The notes: generated from the letters alone by a model not told the origin. Counted from the stretch's first letter, positions 1-13,715 are shown. The stretch: DNA of 52,013 nucleotides from Spirogloea muscicola (GCA_009602725.1 WELB01000004.1:885938-937950), one strand, 5' to 3'. Numbers and translations are program-made.

Positions 1-45
1 GCCGCCGCCGCCGCCACCGCCGCCGGCACCGGCGGGCGCGCCATG

Positions 46-131
46 ACCCTAATCCCAAACCCTAAATCCTTCTGCAGAGGAGGCAGCCGGCCCACCTGCT
101 TAAACCCCAAGCCCTTAGCACAGAACCCTAG
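46..131 (+). promoter_or_regulatory. Telo-box-like degenerate (AAACCCTA) cluster upstream of CFIm25
   Basis: ACCCTAATCCCAAACCCTAAA at 46-66, followed by AAACCCC and AACCCTAG. Similar clusters lie upstream of POLH (33218-33248) and elsewhere. Confidence 0.5.
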
Positions 132-444
132 CTCCGGATGGTCAGACCCCGATTCTGGTCCGAGTTGCTTGCTCCTGCGCTCCTTGCCGCCGCCGCCGCC
201 GCCGCCGCCGCCGCGCCCGAAGCGCAGCAAGGCCGAGAAGGGCGTGCGCGACGTCTTGGTCAAGCGACCGGGCCAGAGCCTCCGAGCAAGCGCGGGCGTG
301 CGCTGCCGCGCGAGCGCCAGGCTGGGCGCGGCGCGCGTCCCGCGACGACGGCTCGAGCCAGTGGAGACGCCGTGGGCGGCCGAGGCGCCAGACCTTCCCG
401 GCACCTCCGGCTCGGCGGCGGGGCTTCGCAGCAGCGGCAGCGAG

Positions 445-2497
<2,053 letters not shown>

Positions 2498-3059
2498 CCT
2501 TTGTTTCCTCTGAGGCGCTGGAAAGTGCAGTTGAGTGCTCGGCGCAGTTGGCTTGGGCAGGAGCAAGCCTCCTGCTTGATCAATCTTAGTGAGAAGCTAC
2601 TTCTAGAAATTTTCACTACATTGCGATATTGCTCAGTGATGTAGCCCACGTGTACAATAGCGGCACTACTGCTTAGGCTAGCAAGTGCAGCAGCGAAAGC
2701 TTCGCACCGTGGTACAGACTGAGTTGTACACAAGACAATCACATACCTTAGTGGACAGAGGACTGGCACTCCGTGTGGATGTGCCCTTGCACTCACGACA
2801 TTGGCTGCAGGATCGCGGAGCTTGTAATTTAGGCAATCTGTACACGCCTGCACCGGTGCTGGCTGATGTGGCAGGATGCTGGAGCAAATCTGCAGCTAAT
2901 GAGTGGGAGGAAGCCTTTTTAAGTGGCCGTAGAGGAGCAGCCCAGGAGGCATAACAGAATCTGAAGGTGCCAGAAGATGTAAGCCACATAGCTATACTTG
3001 TTGGCTATTACAAATGGCTGCTCAATAACCTTCAGTCAAGAGCGGAGCCTCGGGTTAAG

Positions 3060-3620
3060 TAGCAGCTGTGAAACAGTTGCCATGCCAAAAAGCCGGAGAC
3101 GGTAGCCAAGTCACGGCATGCCCGACAAATGCAGTAAGTGCCTGTGAAGTGATGGAGCAAGATGGCTGTGAAGTGGTGGAGCACGATGGAGAGACTCACC
3201 TGAGGCACACTTAAAAGAACTACATGGTGTTATGGAAGCCGGGCTCCTCGCCCTGCTGCCCTGGACGCCTGGTCACTGCTCGCACGAGAGCCTTTCAGGA
3301 GTGAACGCAGGAGATGTGTTTGAGTAAAGGATGTGACCTTTTGATGTGGGCGATGGCTGTGAATGACGAAGTAGCTGTGAAGAGTGACAGCTGTGAAAGG
3401 CCAGCTCAAAGATGGAGAATGAAGTCCATCATATACAGCCCAGAGGAAAAGCAGCCCTTCTGAAGGGGACGATGGGCTGTGAATGTCCAGACTTGGGGTT
3501 TGAAGGATTCAGGGTCCAAGGGCGACGACTCCTATTGGGTGTTCCAGTGAACCCTTATCCACTCATTTCTGGGCTGCCTTCTCACATCCATCGCCTTACC
3601 TTAGAAGAGCTATTTTCTAT
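3060..3620. repeat. Degenerate GCTGTGAA-rich repeat patch with a 24-bp tandem duplication
   Basis: CTGTGAA recurs near 3066, 3142, 3166, 3357, 3375, 3391 and 3477. A tandem pair lies at 3142-3165/3166-3189. The patch shares a GGCTG..CAGC motif with segments near 9236, 24660 and 32890. Confidence 0.6.
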
Positions 3621-4005
3621 TCAGCAATCCGTCCGTAATTGGAAGTCTTCTCTTGTCGTCACAGCCATTGCCTCCTTCGCTTTGGAAGAGATTCTTCTCT
3701 AGGCAGCGCTTCCAAGCTTTGGCTATGCATCAGTGTGCTTTGCGCGCGCTAAGCCAGGCCACTGGCTTCTGTGGCGGCGCTCCGTCTCCCCAAGTTAGGC
3801 TGTCAGATATACATGTGCTCACTTCTGGGTACTGTATTGCATGACCTGACACTCACGGATATTTAAGTTGGGATTATAGCATCCTGCACTGCAGTGTGCG
3901 CAGCTCCGCAGATTCCTACAGCCTCTATCACTCACTCTGCAAGGTCTAGGTTTTAGGGTCCCTGACCAAGCAGGCTCAAAATCAAACAGGGGTTAAAACA
4001 ACAGA

Positions 4006-6143
4006 TCAAAGCTGCTGCGGCAACAGCGCGAGGGCCAGCGAATTGGCTGTCAATCTAAAGGACTGAGCTGCCTGGGTCAAAGAGTCCCGTTGCTCGGGCC
4101 ACAAAGCCTCCGGGCACTGAGCATTGAATGAGTACAGGTTGTTGTCATAGCTGGCATACACAGATACATTGTGACGAAAGAATGTCGGGGCCTGCACAGT
4201 GTACTCAAGCACGTAGTAGGTGGTGGCAGCTCCAGCATTGCCTCCTCGTCGGCTTGCTTGCACCAGGACGGCCTCCTTGTTGGACCCCTTTGGCGCTATG
4301 ACGTTATTGAGAAGTCGCTCGCCCACTTGCTGCACACTCCCAAAGGCCTCAAGCCTGGCCGTCCCAGCAGCATGCACCAATATCAGTGCAAGTAGCAATT
4401 CAACAGTAAGCTCGGGTAGATCAGGATCAAGACCCCATCTAGGCTTCCTTCAAAGCAGGACTCAGAAGAAAAGGGCGTGAACATGGCCCATGGCTCAGAC
4501 CTCTAGGTGGCCCCAGGATGTCACATCATCATTTAGCAATATGACTGACACGATCTGGGCAGCTAGCAATGACTCAGGTAACATCTGCTGCCATTGGGCA
4601 TGACTCTAAGAGCTGGTCTAGTCAGCTCACTGGAAGCCTGGCGCAACTGGCGCCACCACAACGCTGACATTTAGCTCTCCTGCACTCCCTGGCGGTCCAA
4701 AAGCCACTATGGGCTCTACCGCCGCTCGACGTTCTGCCTGCTGCTCCTTTAACCTGATTGAGGGGAGGTCCAGTGACCGCTCCCTCTCAGCCCGTTCTGC
4801 TGCCCGATAGAGCAACCGCTGGTCCCCAACCCACCTCTCAGGGTACATAAATTCTGCACACATCGTTTTAATGCCTGCTCTTATATTCCGCACTTGCCAC
4901 AAGTGCACTGCACACTACGTGGGGGTAGTTCCCCTACCATGACTTGCAAGCAGTTAGCAAGATCACGATACCATAGGGACAGCAACCAATAACAGTCTGG
5001 ACTGAGCCCGACAACTGTGACCGCGCAAAGGTGGGCTAGCAGAAGTGCTGTGAACGCATGTGACTCTGGGAAGGAATGAACATACCGAAGCCGAGGCTGC
5101 CATCTAGGCATCTTTTGAACCCTGCGACAGGGAAGAGGACGTCCAATTGGAGCCTCCTCGAGAGGGCAGTGTTCGTGCTGAGGAGGAGGCTCGTCACACC
5201 AAGGAAGTTGCTTCCAAAGGCCACCGAGAGGCCCACGAGGCTTCCGAGGAGCAGTCTTCTGCTTGAAGGCAGAGTGCCCCCCCACTCCACCAGCTCCGTA
5301 GGCGACTGGCCTGGCAAAGAACTGAGGCCCACCAAAGCATGAAGATGGAGGTCTTCCTGGTCCGATGCAACATCGACCACTATGCACATCTTTATGGCAA
5401 GCAGCTGGAGATTGGAAGATTCTGGTTATGTGCGAGGTTAGCACGAGGGCACAGTTGCTCATTCAAATTAGGGTGTCTGCTTTTGGCACTATCGTGGTTA
5501 GGGTTTAGGGTTTAGCATCAGGACGTCTGCTAAGCAGGCCACTTTCCTCTACGGCCCTCGAAACGTGACTGAGTACAGCAGCGGCAGTGATGGACTATCA
5601 CCTGCGGGTCGAGGCCGAGGGCCTGCCTCCAGTACCATCGGCAGCGGCTGCTGCACCACACAGCACGCATTGCAGGGGGCTTCAATCAACGCTGATTGGG
5701 TCTGGCTCCCTTTACCTAGATTTTCCCTTCAATGCTCTGGGATCGTCCGTCCATTCGGAGCCATAAGGCAAGACTTGGACTTTTATCAGCGTGAGAGACA
5801 TGGCGGCCTTGCCTTGAGACTTGCCGTCCGCTTCGGCTTGCTGGCCCTCCTGCAGGCCCGCCCGGGCGGCCCCAGCAGGCCTCCGCCTCCTCGCCGACGG
5901 CGCAGGCGCCCGCTCCTCCTCCCTCGAGCTCCGCCATGGCCTCCGCGGCGGGAGGCCCGCGCCCAGATGGCTCGGGCCGACAGACGTGGGGAGCGGGCTG
6001 CGGCCCATGCCGCCGCTCCTCCACGAGCAGTCGCTGTGTGGAGGCCGCGGCGGGCAGCTGGGCGAGCGGAGCGGCCGCGACGGCGACTCCGCCGCGCCGG
6101 GCGCCAATGGCGGCGGCGGCGGAGGCGGCGAGGTGATGGCCAT
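4006..6143 (-). CDS. PPD7: PsbP domain-containing protein 7-like (chloroplast thylakoid lumen), multi-exon
   Basis: Exons encode LQLDVLFPVAGFKRCLDG, EFMYPERWVGDQRLLYRAAE, EPIVAFGPPGSAGELNVSVVV and YYVLEYTVQAPTFFRHNVSV..LYSFNAQCPE, matching the recalled PPD7 sequence. The Pro/Ser/Arg-rich N-terminus from ATG 6143 resembles a transit peptide; the 5' exons are less certain. Confidence 0.88.
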
Positions 6144-6289
6144 GGCGGCCCTCGTGGGCGGCACAGGCAACCTGCCGTGTGAAATCGTTAATTATGCGGC
6201 TGCGATCATTATAAAAGCTGCTGTACAAGAAGTGAGCTCTTCCAAGTTGGGCGGAGGCTGTGTCAAGCCAGCCCAGAAACAACGACAGA

Positions 6290-9200
6290 GAAGGGCTCGC
6301 TCATTGAGGATAGGGGGCTCCCCCTTCTCGTACTCTGTTCATTCTTTTTCGGGCTGGTTGTTCCAGCCCCTATTCTCAATGGGCGAGCACTTTCTCGCTG
6401 GAGAAGGCCAGCCCGAAAGAGAATGAACAAAGGACGAGTAGAGCCAGGGGAAGAAGAGCTCGCCCGTAGAGAAGAGGGGCTGGCAAAGCCAACCCAAAAA
6501 GAATGTCCAATGCCAAAGAAAGAAGTGCCGAAAAGGACTACACTACAAAGCGCGAGACGGTGCAGAGGGAGATGCAGATCGATGCTCAGTATCCAATTGT
6601 GAGCAACAGCAGATCAGAGTAACTCGAAGCAGGAAAAGCGGCACTCTGCCGCGACCCGGAAGCAACAGCCATAGCACGGCCAGCGCGCGTGGACCGCATG
6701 AGCCAAAGAAAGTGCTCGCCCATTGAGGATAGGGGCTGGAAAAGCCAGCCCAAAATAGAATGAACGGAGTACGAGAAGGGGGCCAGGGGAAGCGCTAAGA
6801 AAAAGAAGCACACAAAGAAACAAAGCAGCTACGAAACACTCAGTAACCCCTGCTAAGCAGCCGCAGATCAGAGATGCTAGGCTCCTGGAAGTGGGTCCCC
6901 TGGCCAGAGCCAGAGGCAGCAGCTAGGCTCCTGGAAGTGGGTCCCCTGGCGCATGAGCGAAAGAAGAAAGTGCTCGCCCATTGAGGACGGGCTGGAAAAG
7001 CCAGCCCAAAAAGAATGAACAGAGTACGAGAAGGGGGCCAGGGGAAGCGCGAAGAAAATCAAGCACACAAAGAAACAAAGCAGCTACGAAACACTCAGTA
7101 AACCCTGCTAAGCAGCCGCAGATCAGAGATGCTAGGCTCCTGGAAGTGGGTCCCCTGGCCAGAGCCAGAGGCAGCAGCGAGGGCTCTGCCGGCACGAAGG
7201 TGCAGCGCCCGGGCCAAAGACCTCTATGTTGGGTGTGGGACTCGTTGCACCAGCCGAGAAGAGCGCTGTAGCGAGACCGCCAGCCTCATCCGAAAGACCC
7301 TGCGCGAGGGAGCCTGCAGCATTGAAGCCTGGCGAACCCTGCCGCCGCTCGATGGCCTCTCTGGCAAGCCGCTGGAGGAGATCCAACCAGCCACTGCCGA
7401 AGGCCCTGTGTACGTCAATGGCCAGTGCCGCGAAGGCATCCCCCGGAGGGGTGGTCAGAGTACTTGCGCTCCTTACTCCGAGCCGCCAAAGCGACCGCGT
7501 GCCCGACGAGCGTCGCCGACTTCGCGGGGCTGGCCGAATCAACGCAGACTGCAGTCACCACATCAGCGATGATACGCGGACCTCCTCCAGGCGGGATGGC
7601 AACGAGGTCCGCGTGGTGGGTGCGGTGTCCCTGCAGGATGGGCATGATCGTCGAGTTCTCCACTGCCACTTGTAGCCGGCCTCCAGGATAAAGAAAGCGC
7701 GGCCAGATTGACTGGTGGCTGGGAAAAGGAACAGGAACACACCTCCAGGAACACACCCTGCATGGCGTCCCGCAGGAGGTCGTGTGAACCTGTCCGCTCG
7801 CCCCCGTGCGCGCAGCGGAGCATATGGGCCGCCAGCACCGCAGGGTCATCGTGGCGGGCACCGCACTCGCACTGTTGGACCCCGACGAGGCAGGGAGGGA
7901 TGAGGCCAAGGAGCCGGTGGGCCGCCGTCCTGAATACCGCGTCTGAAATTGGCAGCGCCGTATAGATGGGGAGCGCTGATAGAGAAGAGCTCGCCCATAG
8001 AGAATAGGGGCTGGAACAACCAGCCCGAAAAAGAATGAATAGAGTACGAGAAGGGGGCCAGGGGAAGCGCTAAGAAACAGAAACAAAGCAGCTACGAGAC
8101 ACTCAGTAACCCCTGCTAAGCAGCCGCGCTGATAGCCACGCCGCCGCCTCGGGAAACGTGTGTATAAAGAGATGTGGAGGCCATATGTGGCCAAGGGGGA
8201 GGAGGCGGAGAGGATCCGGGCGCGCCCTCGAATGTCGTGCGGCGGAAAGGGGGAAAAAAAGAAATGCGGCTGCTGATCTTAAAGAATCGGCTGTGAACCG
8301 CCAGCCAGATGCATACAGGTGTTCATGACGCCCTCGGATGTCGTGCGGCGGAAGACTTCGTAGCTGCTTTGTTTCTGTTTCTTTTGAAGGAGCTCCACCA
8401 CCTGGTCATAGGCCGCAGGGGAAGCACTAAGAAGAACAAGCACAAGAAGAACGTAAGCAACTACGAAGCACTCAGTAACCCCTGCTAAGCAGCCTCAGGT
8501 CAGAGAGAGGTCCACAGAGAAGAGGGGCTAGCAAAGCCAGCCCAGAAAGAATGGACAATGAATGAAGCCAGAGAAAGATGGAGCCGAAAAAGGACTACAC
8601 CACAAAACACTGCCACCAACATCACCAAGTTACCAGAATCACACTGCTATGCAAGAGATTACACCAAGTAGGAGCTCAGGCTTAGTTAGAGAACGGCCAG
8701 CTGTATACGGAAGGTGTTCTCACAGTGTGAACGCGCCCGCCTGGCTCGCCGCTTAAGGCTGACACCTGGCGCCACAGTGGGGGGCCACCATTCCGCGCCA
8801 CGTGTCCATCAAAGGCAGCGGCCAAGCCTGCCACGGTGGCAAGCGGCCGGAGTTGCGGACTGTGCGGCACGTGTCCTCCACGTGCAGGGTATATCGGGCC
8901 CGGAGCCGACAGTGCCCGCCGCCGCGGCCGCCGCCTTGGCCGCGCTAGCTTAGGTAGGCCGAGAAGTTCAGGGTTGCCAACTCAAACTGAATGATTCGCA
9001 CGTAAGAGAAGCACACAGAAAGAAAGTGCTCGCTCATGGAGAAGAGCGGCTGGCAAAGCCAGCCCAAAAAGAATGGACAATGCCACATAGCCCCCAGTTG
9101 ACACAATGCTTGGTTTGACTATTGGACGACTGTAACAGTCTAGGCTGAGCACCACCGCCATGCTCGTACGCTGCTTTATGCCACATTGCTTATTGACCTA

Positions 9201-10320
9201 AACTTCAATGGACATGCTGGAGCTTGTGATTTCCTTCTGGGCTGGCCTCTCACAGCCATTTCATTGATCTTAAAGTTTTCTCTCTGTTTTGGACCTTGTA
9301 CATTACTCTGTGGGCTGTCTTCTCTCAGCCCTCGCCCCCTTCAGAGCTGCTTCTTCTGGAAGAGCTGCTTCTTGTGATCTTCGCCTTATTGGCTGCTGGG
9401 TACCGCTGGCCGTCACAGAGAGAAGCAAGCCCAGATTGCGAAGAAAGTGCTCGCCCATTGAGAATAGGGGCTGGAACAACCAGCCCGAAAAAGAATGAAC
9501 AGAGTACGAGAAGGGGGCCAGGGGAAGCGCTAAGTAACAGAAACAAAGCTGCTACGAGACACTCAGCCGAAGCCGGCATTGGCTGTCTGAACAGTATTCG
9601 TTGGCTGTCTAAACAGTATAAGAGGGAAGCGCTCATCAAAATAGGGGCGAGGGCTGTGAAAAGCAAGCCCTCAAACGCGAAAGGCTGCCGCTGGCTCGCT
9701 CGCTCAGCTTTTCCGCATGCGCATTCAGACTTGCGTATCTGTGTGCTTCAGCGCTGTCTGGGCCCGTCGGACTTTGTCCAGGTCGTTCTTGAGCTGGCTT
9801 CTCACAGCCTATCTTTAATTTCCAAAGCCATTGCCTCCCTTGTCCACGGAGGAGCTAATATGGTTGATCACCCTTTTGCGCTAACCTCTCACAGCTATTG
9901 CCTTGTTTGTAAGAGCTGAGAAGAACAAGTAGAAGCTGTTTCAAAGAAGGAGCCGCCTGTCTTCTCTCTTCTTCAAACGGGGCGACGGCTGTGAAAGAAG
10001 GGACCCACTTCCACGAGCCTAGCATCTCCGACCTGCGGCTGCTTAGCAGAGGTTACTGATTCGTAGCTGCTTTGTTTCTCCGTGTGCTTGTTTTTCTTAG
10101 CGCTTCCCCTGGCCCCCTTCTCGTGCTCTGTTCACTCTTTTTTGGGCTTGCTTTTCCAGCCCCTATTCTCAATGGGCGAGCACTTTCTTCTGTGAAAAAA
10201 GCCAGCCCACAAATGGGGACAGAAGGAAGTGCCCGCCCATTGAGAAGTGGGGCTGGTAAAGCCAACCCAAAAAGAATGGACAATGTTCAAAGCCAAAGAA
10301 AGAAGTGCCGAAAACAGAGG
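6290..10320. repeat. Mosaic dispersed repeat cluster of direct, tandem and inverted copies of two related modules; probable non-autonomous or degenerate mobile element
   Basis: Long module (GAAAGTGCTCGCCCATTGAG..GGGCTGG-N5-CCAGCCC..GAATGAACAGAGTACGAGAAGGGGGCCAGGGGAAGCGCTAAG..CCCTGCTAAGCAGCCGC) at ~6707, ~6966, ~7984 and ~9443 (+), and at ~6320-6396 and ~9999-10189 (-). Short module at ~6453, ~8515, ~9022 and ~10225 (+). Confidence 0.85.
7180..7980 (+). pseudogene. Degraded coding-like segment of unknown origin between repeat copies
   Basis: GC-rich, protein-like stretches in shifting frames (ASLIRKTLREGACSIEAWRTLPPL; PEGWSEYLRSLLRAAKA; RKRGQIDWWLGKG..HRRVIVAGTALALLDPDE) interrupted by stops and frameshifts. 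No family recognised. Confidence 0.35.
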
Positions 10321-10994
10321 CTCGCAGCCCAGAGTCCCTGACGTACTCGACCGCCCCCCGGACCCCCCGCGAGCGGCGGACGGCTCCCACGGACTGTCGG
10401 CGAACGGCGGAAAGCGTGCCGGACTGTCGCCGACACGCCGTCCGATGAAGCTCATCGGCGGCTTGGACACGGCCCGGCAAGCTGCCCGGAAGTTGACGGT
10501 GGGTGGAGGGAACTACCGCCGGCGCGCAGGTCAACGCTAACGGCGCGAGCGGGTAACTCCGACCGGCAGGCGGCCCTTGTCAACCAGCCTGCTTCGCCTC
10601 GTCCAGCGGCCATCTCTGCCCGCAGTCCGCGCCGCCGACGCCGCCGCGCGCCGCGCCGCGCGTGACGCCCGCGGCGCTTCTCGCGGGGCCGGCCTGCGGC
10701 GCAGGCCAGCGGCGGAAATTCATTTCCGTAGCCGGCTGCGATTGAAAATTGGCTAAGAAGTTCACAGGAGCTGCCGAGGGACTGCCGGGAGATCGTGCTG
10801 CGCTCTGCGGGCTTGCCACTGCCCGTCCTCGGTCCCCGGCCAGGGCTGGGGCCTGACTCCAGATCTGGCGCCATGTGAGCTGCCGCGCTGCTGATGGCAG
10901 CCGGCAATGCCATCGCCGGGCCGCTCTAGCATGAGAGGGGCCGCGCGAGGGGGACATCGACTGGCCCTCCATCGCCCGCCCGGTGGCGTTGGAG

Positions 10995-13715
10995 ATGGAG
11001 AAGTCCTGCCCGGGCGCCACTGCCGTGGTAAGTCTGTGACCTGCGCCCTCGCCACCGCTTGACCGTCAGCGGGGCTTGGAGGCCCCAGTCGGGCCTAGGG
11101 ATCTGCCACTGGCATGTTGAAGGACTGGCCTTCAACGACCGCCGCTGGTCTGCCACGATACTCTGGCACGATACTCAGCCTCGGCCTCGCGCTTGATACT
11201 TTCTCAATCAGAACGTGTGGTCGCAAGGAGTGCGCACTACGAGCTTGCCTGGCCAGGCGTCATCAGTATTGCATGCTTGCATTCAGCGTGTGCGTTCGAG
11301 TCTTACATCGAGTTCCTTGGCCAAAGCAAGGAATGTGATGTAAATTGGTGATGCAAAGGCTCCGCTAATCGCTCTCCTGTAAGTGAGAAGATGAGGCTTA
11401 GCACCGCACGGTCCATTCAGTCGAGGTTCACATGCATGGACATGGTGTCTTCTTTGCAGGCAAGGTGCCCTGTCAAAATGTACGAAGCTCTGCGGGGCAG
11501 CCGCTTCTGGAACTTGAAGGGCGCAATAGGAGAGCTTCACGTGCATTCACTCGGTCCAGGCGCCTTCAAATTCGAGCTTCAGGACCTTCTTGTAGGTGCA
11601 GCTTGCAGTATGGCTTGTGTCAATGTACTATGTCAATCTCAGAACATGCAATCAATGCTCTTGGCAAATTGCAGAGCATTGAATTGCAATTCCTGCAAGT
11701 ACTTCCACTCCCATCCCCAGCAAGTCAGTCCAGCAAGCCAGTAGCTTGCACTTGCTGGCCATCTAGTGAAGTCTGCTGTGAAATTGAAGAACGATCAAAC
11801 AAGTCAACCTTTACTACCTTAACAGCTTACTCTTACTCGCGCAACTTATACGGAGTGTCACAGTGTTTCATTCGAAATGCAAGCCCTGAGGTGCTCAGAA
11901 TATTGGTACCAATGTGCTGCTTTCAACAGGATGGTCAGATACTGTTCGAGTATACTCTGCGGGCTCCAAGCTATTTCTCTGCTCCTGCTAAGAGGTTCTT
12001 TGCTCTTCGTCAGCAGGTCAAGCCCGTGGCCAAGCATCAGCCCTATGCTTAAGCACTCCCATATTGTACCATTACGTGAATGAGAACGTGTTTGGTAAGC
12101 AGCTGTCCTGTTTACTATGTGGTATAGTCTTAGTTTGCATGAGGTGCTCATGTTGTGCTCTCTTGCTCTGCAGAATGGGACATTTGTTGGACTTGGATTC
12201 AGCGACCTGGAAGCTGCATTGACAATTGGAAACAAAATCTCTCATGGTCTTGGAGACCCGAGCCAGTGGGCAGGCTGTTCGCATAAGCAAGTCTCACGTA
12301 GTAACTCTGAGATACCTCGTTCAGGGAGGCCAAGCTCAAGTCACGAAGGAGCAGACCCCATTGTGACTTACAGGAGCCTCCCCAAACGTGGATCAGCTGC
12401 CTCCAAGGAAGGTGGGCATGAGATGCAAAACATGCGTAGATGTAAAAACATGTTCTCTGACTTGCCAGTCTTGATGCCTGTTGTAGCAAAGAGCAGGAAA
12501 GCAACAACTGACCGGCATCACTCAAATTAAGAAAACATCCTGACTATCTTGCACCAAAAGTTGTTGCGGCCTTTTCTTGTCATTTATTATTGGGTGTCAT
12601 GCAATACGTTTCTTTGCAGATCCTCAAAAACAGCAGTTCAGTGAGCAAGCAAGGGTCCTCCGGAAGACAAAGTCAGCTCCTCCTATACCCAGGCGTCGTG
12701 GTTCTGCTCAGTCCAGTGCTACAATCCGGAGACCTGGACACAAGAAGAAGGTCCGCTTACGGCTTGCAAGTGTACTGAGCATAAGTCGAGGTAAGCCATT
12801 GTAGCCTCCACCATTACGCCTTGGTGCATGCAACATATGGTGCTGCCTCATGCATGCAAGTTGTGAATGATTTATCAAGGAATGCAGGATGATTTAGTTA
12901 CTGAAGTATGTCCGGTAATGTCCAGGTAACAACCTCCCAGACATGGACATTGGCTACCCTACAGATGTCAAGCATCTTGGACACATTGGCTGGGACTTTC
13001 ACACCACCTCTGAACCTTCCTGGGTGATTTGCCAAGCCCTTGGTTTGCATGAAAGCATGCATAATACAAAGTCTGCTTAGCTGAGAAGCAGAGACTGGGG
13101 AGTCCTCCCATGTGCAAGACCTAGGTGGAAGTCTTCTCTGTGCCATGCCAAGGTGGACGTCCTTTCTGTTGTTTGACATTCTAGAATCTGCTACTGTGTC
13201 TCAGGCAGGTCTCTTCCTCTTTTGCAGATGGATGAATTCAAGACAAAGGCCAATTACGCTTTTGCACCATTGTCAGACTTTGCCCAGCCTCAGGATCCCC
13301 ATTGGTTCCACGACGCTTACTCGGCTGGTCAATGGGACGCCGGTAGCTCCTCGTCAGGTGCAAGATTCAGGCACTGTTTCCTTGATGCGTCGCCAGATCC
13401 TCATGTGTCACTTCCATTTCATCAGGCTGCCATCAATCTATACGATCTTTGGGCCTGTCAATGTTGCAGCATGTGTGCAATAGGTCACATAGTGGTGTGT
13501 ACTTGCTCCATACATCTACATTTTCACATTTAGCCCTGTTGGGGTGAGTCTGCTCAGACGAGGAGGACTCTGACTGTGACGAGCCTCCACCACCACCCCC
13601 TCAAGAGTATGCCGATTCACCAGAGGTCACATCAGGCACACAGGCTCGGCAAGGGTTAGCAAAGACATTGTCGTCTCATCTGTGGCTTCACAGAAACGAA
13701 TCAGGACGGCCATGA
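10995..13715 (+). CDS. RIC-like CRIB-domain protein with an N-terminal WH1/EVH1-like domain and basic region
   Basis: Phase-consistent GT-AG exons 10995-11027, 11460-11591, 11930-12016, 12174-12411, 12620-12790, 12926 (or 12941)-13023, 13228-13357 and 13558-13715. The spliced protein contains [32 protein letters not shown], a RIC-type CRIB motif. The start and the last exon(s) are uncertain; an alternative end is ~13890. Confidence 0.85.

Noticed and set aside
2685..2954. 89-aa ORF downstream of CFIm25
   Set aside because: No ATG start, codon bias or recognisable motif; probably 3'UTR or intergenic.
7220..7675. Ulp1-like protease or GIY-YIG nuclease remnant
   Set aside because: Only 4-5 residue resemblances in different frames; catalytic residues cannot be identified.
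6290..10320. CRISPR-like array of hairpin repeats
   Set aside because: Spacing is irregular, orientations are mixed, flanks are themselves repeated rather than unique spacers, there are no cas genes, and the context is eukaryotic.
11432..12052. 206-aa ORF as an independent gene
   Set aside because: It runs through introns and an alternative frame of the WH1-CRIB gene; only its end coincides with a real exon.
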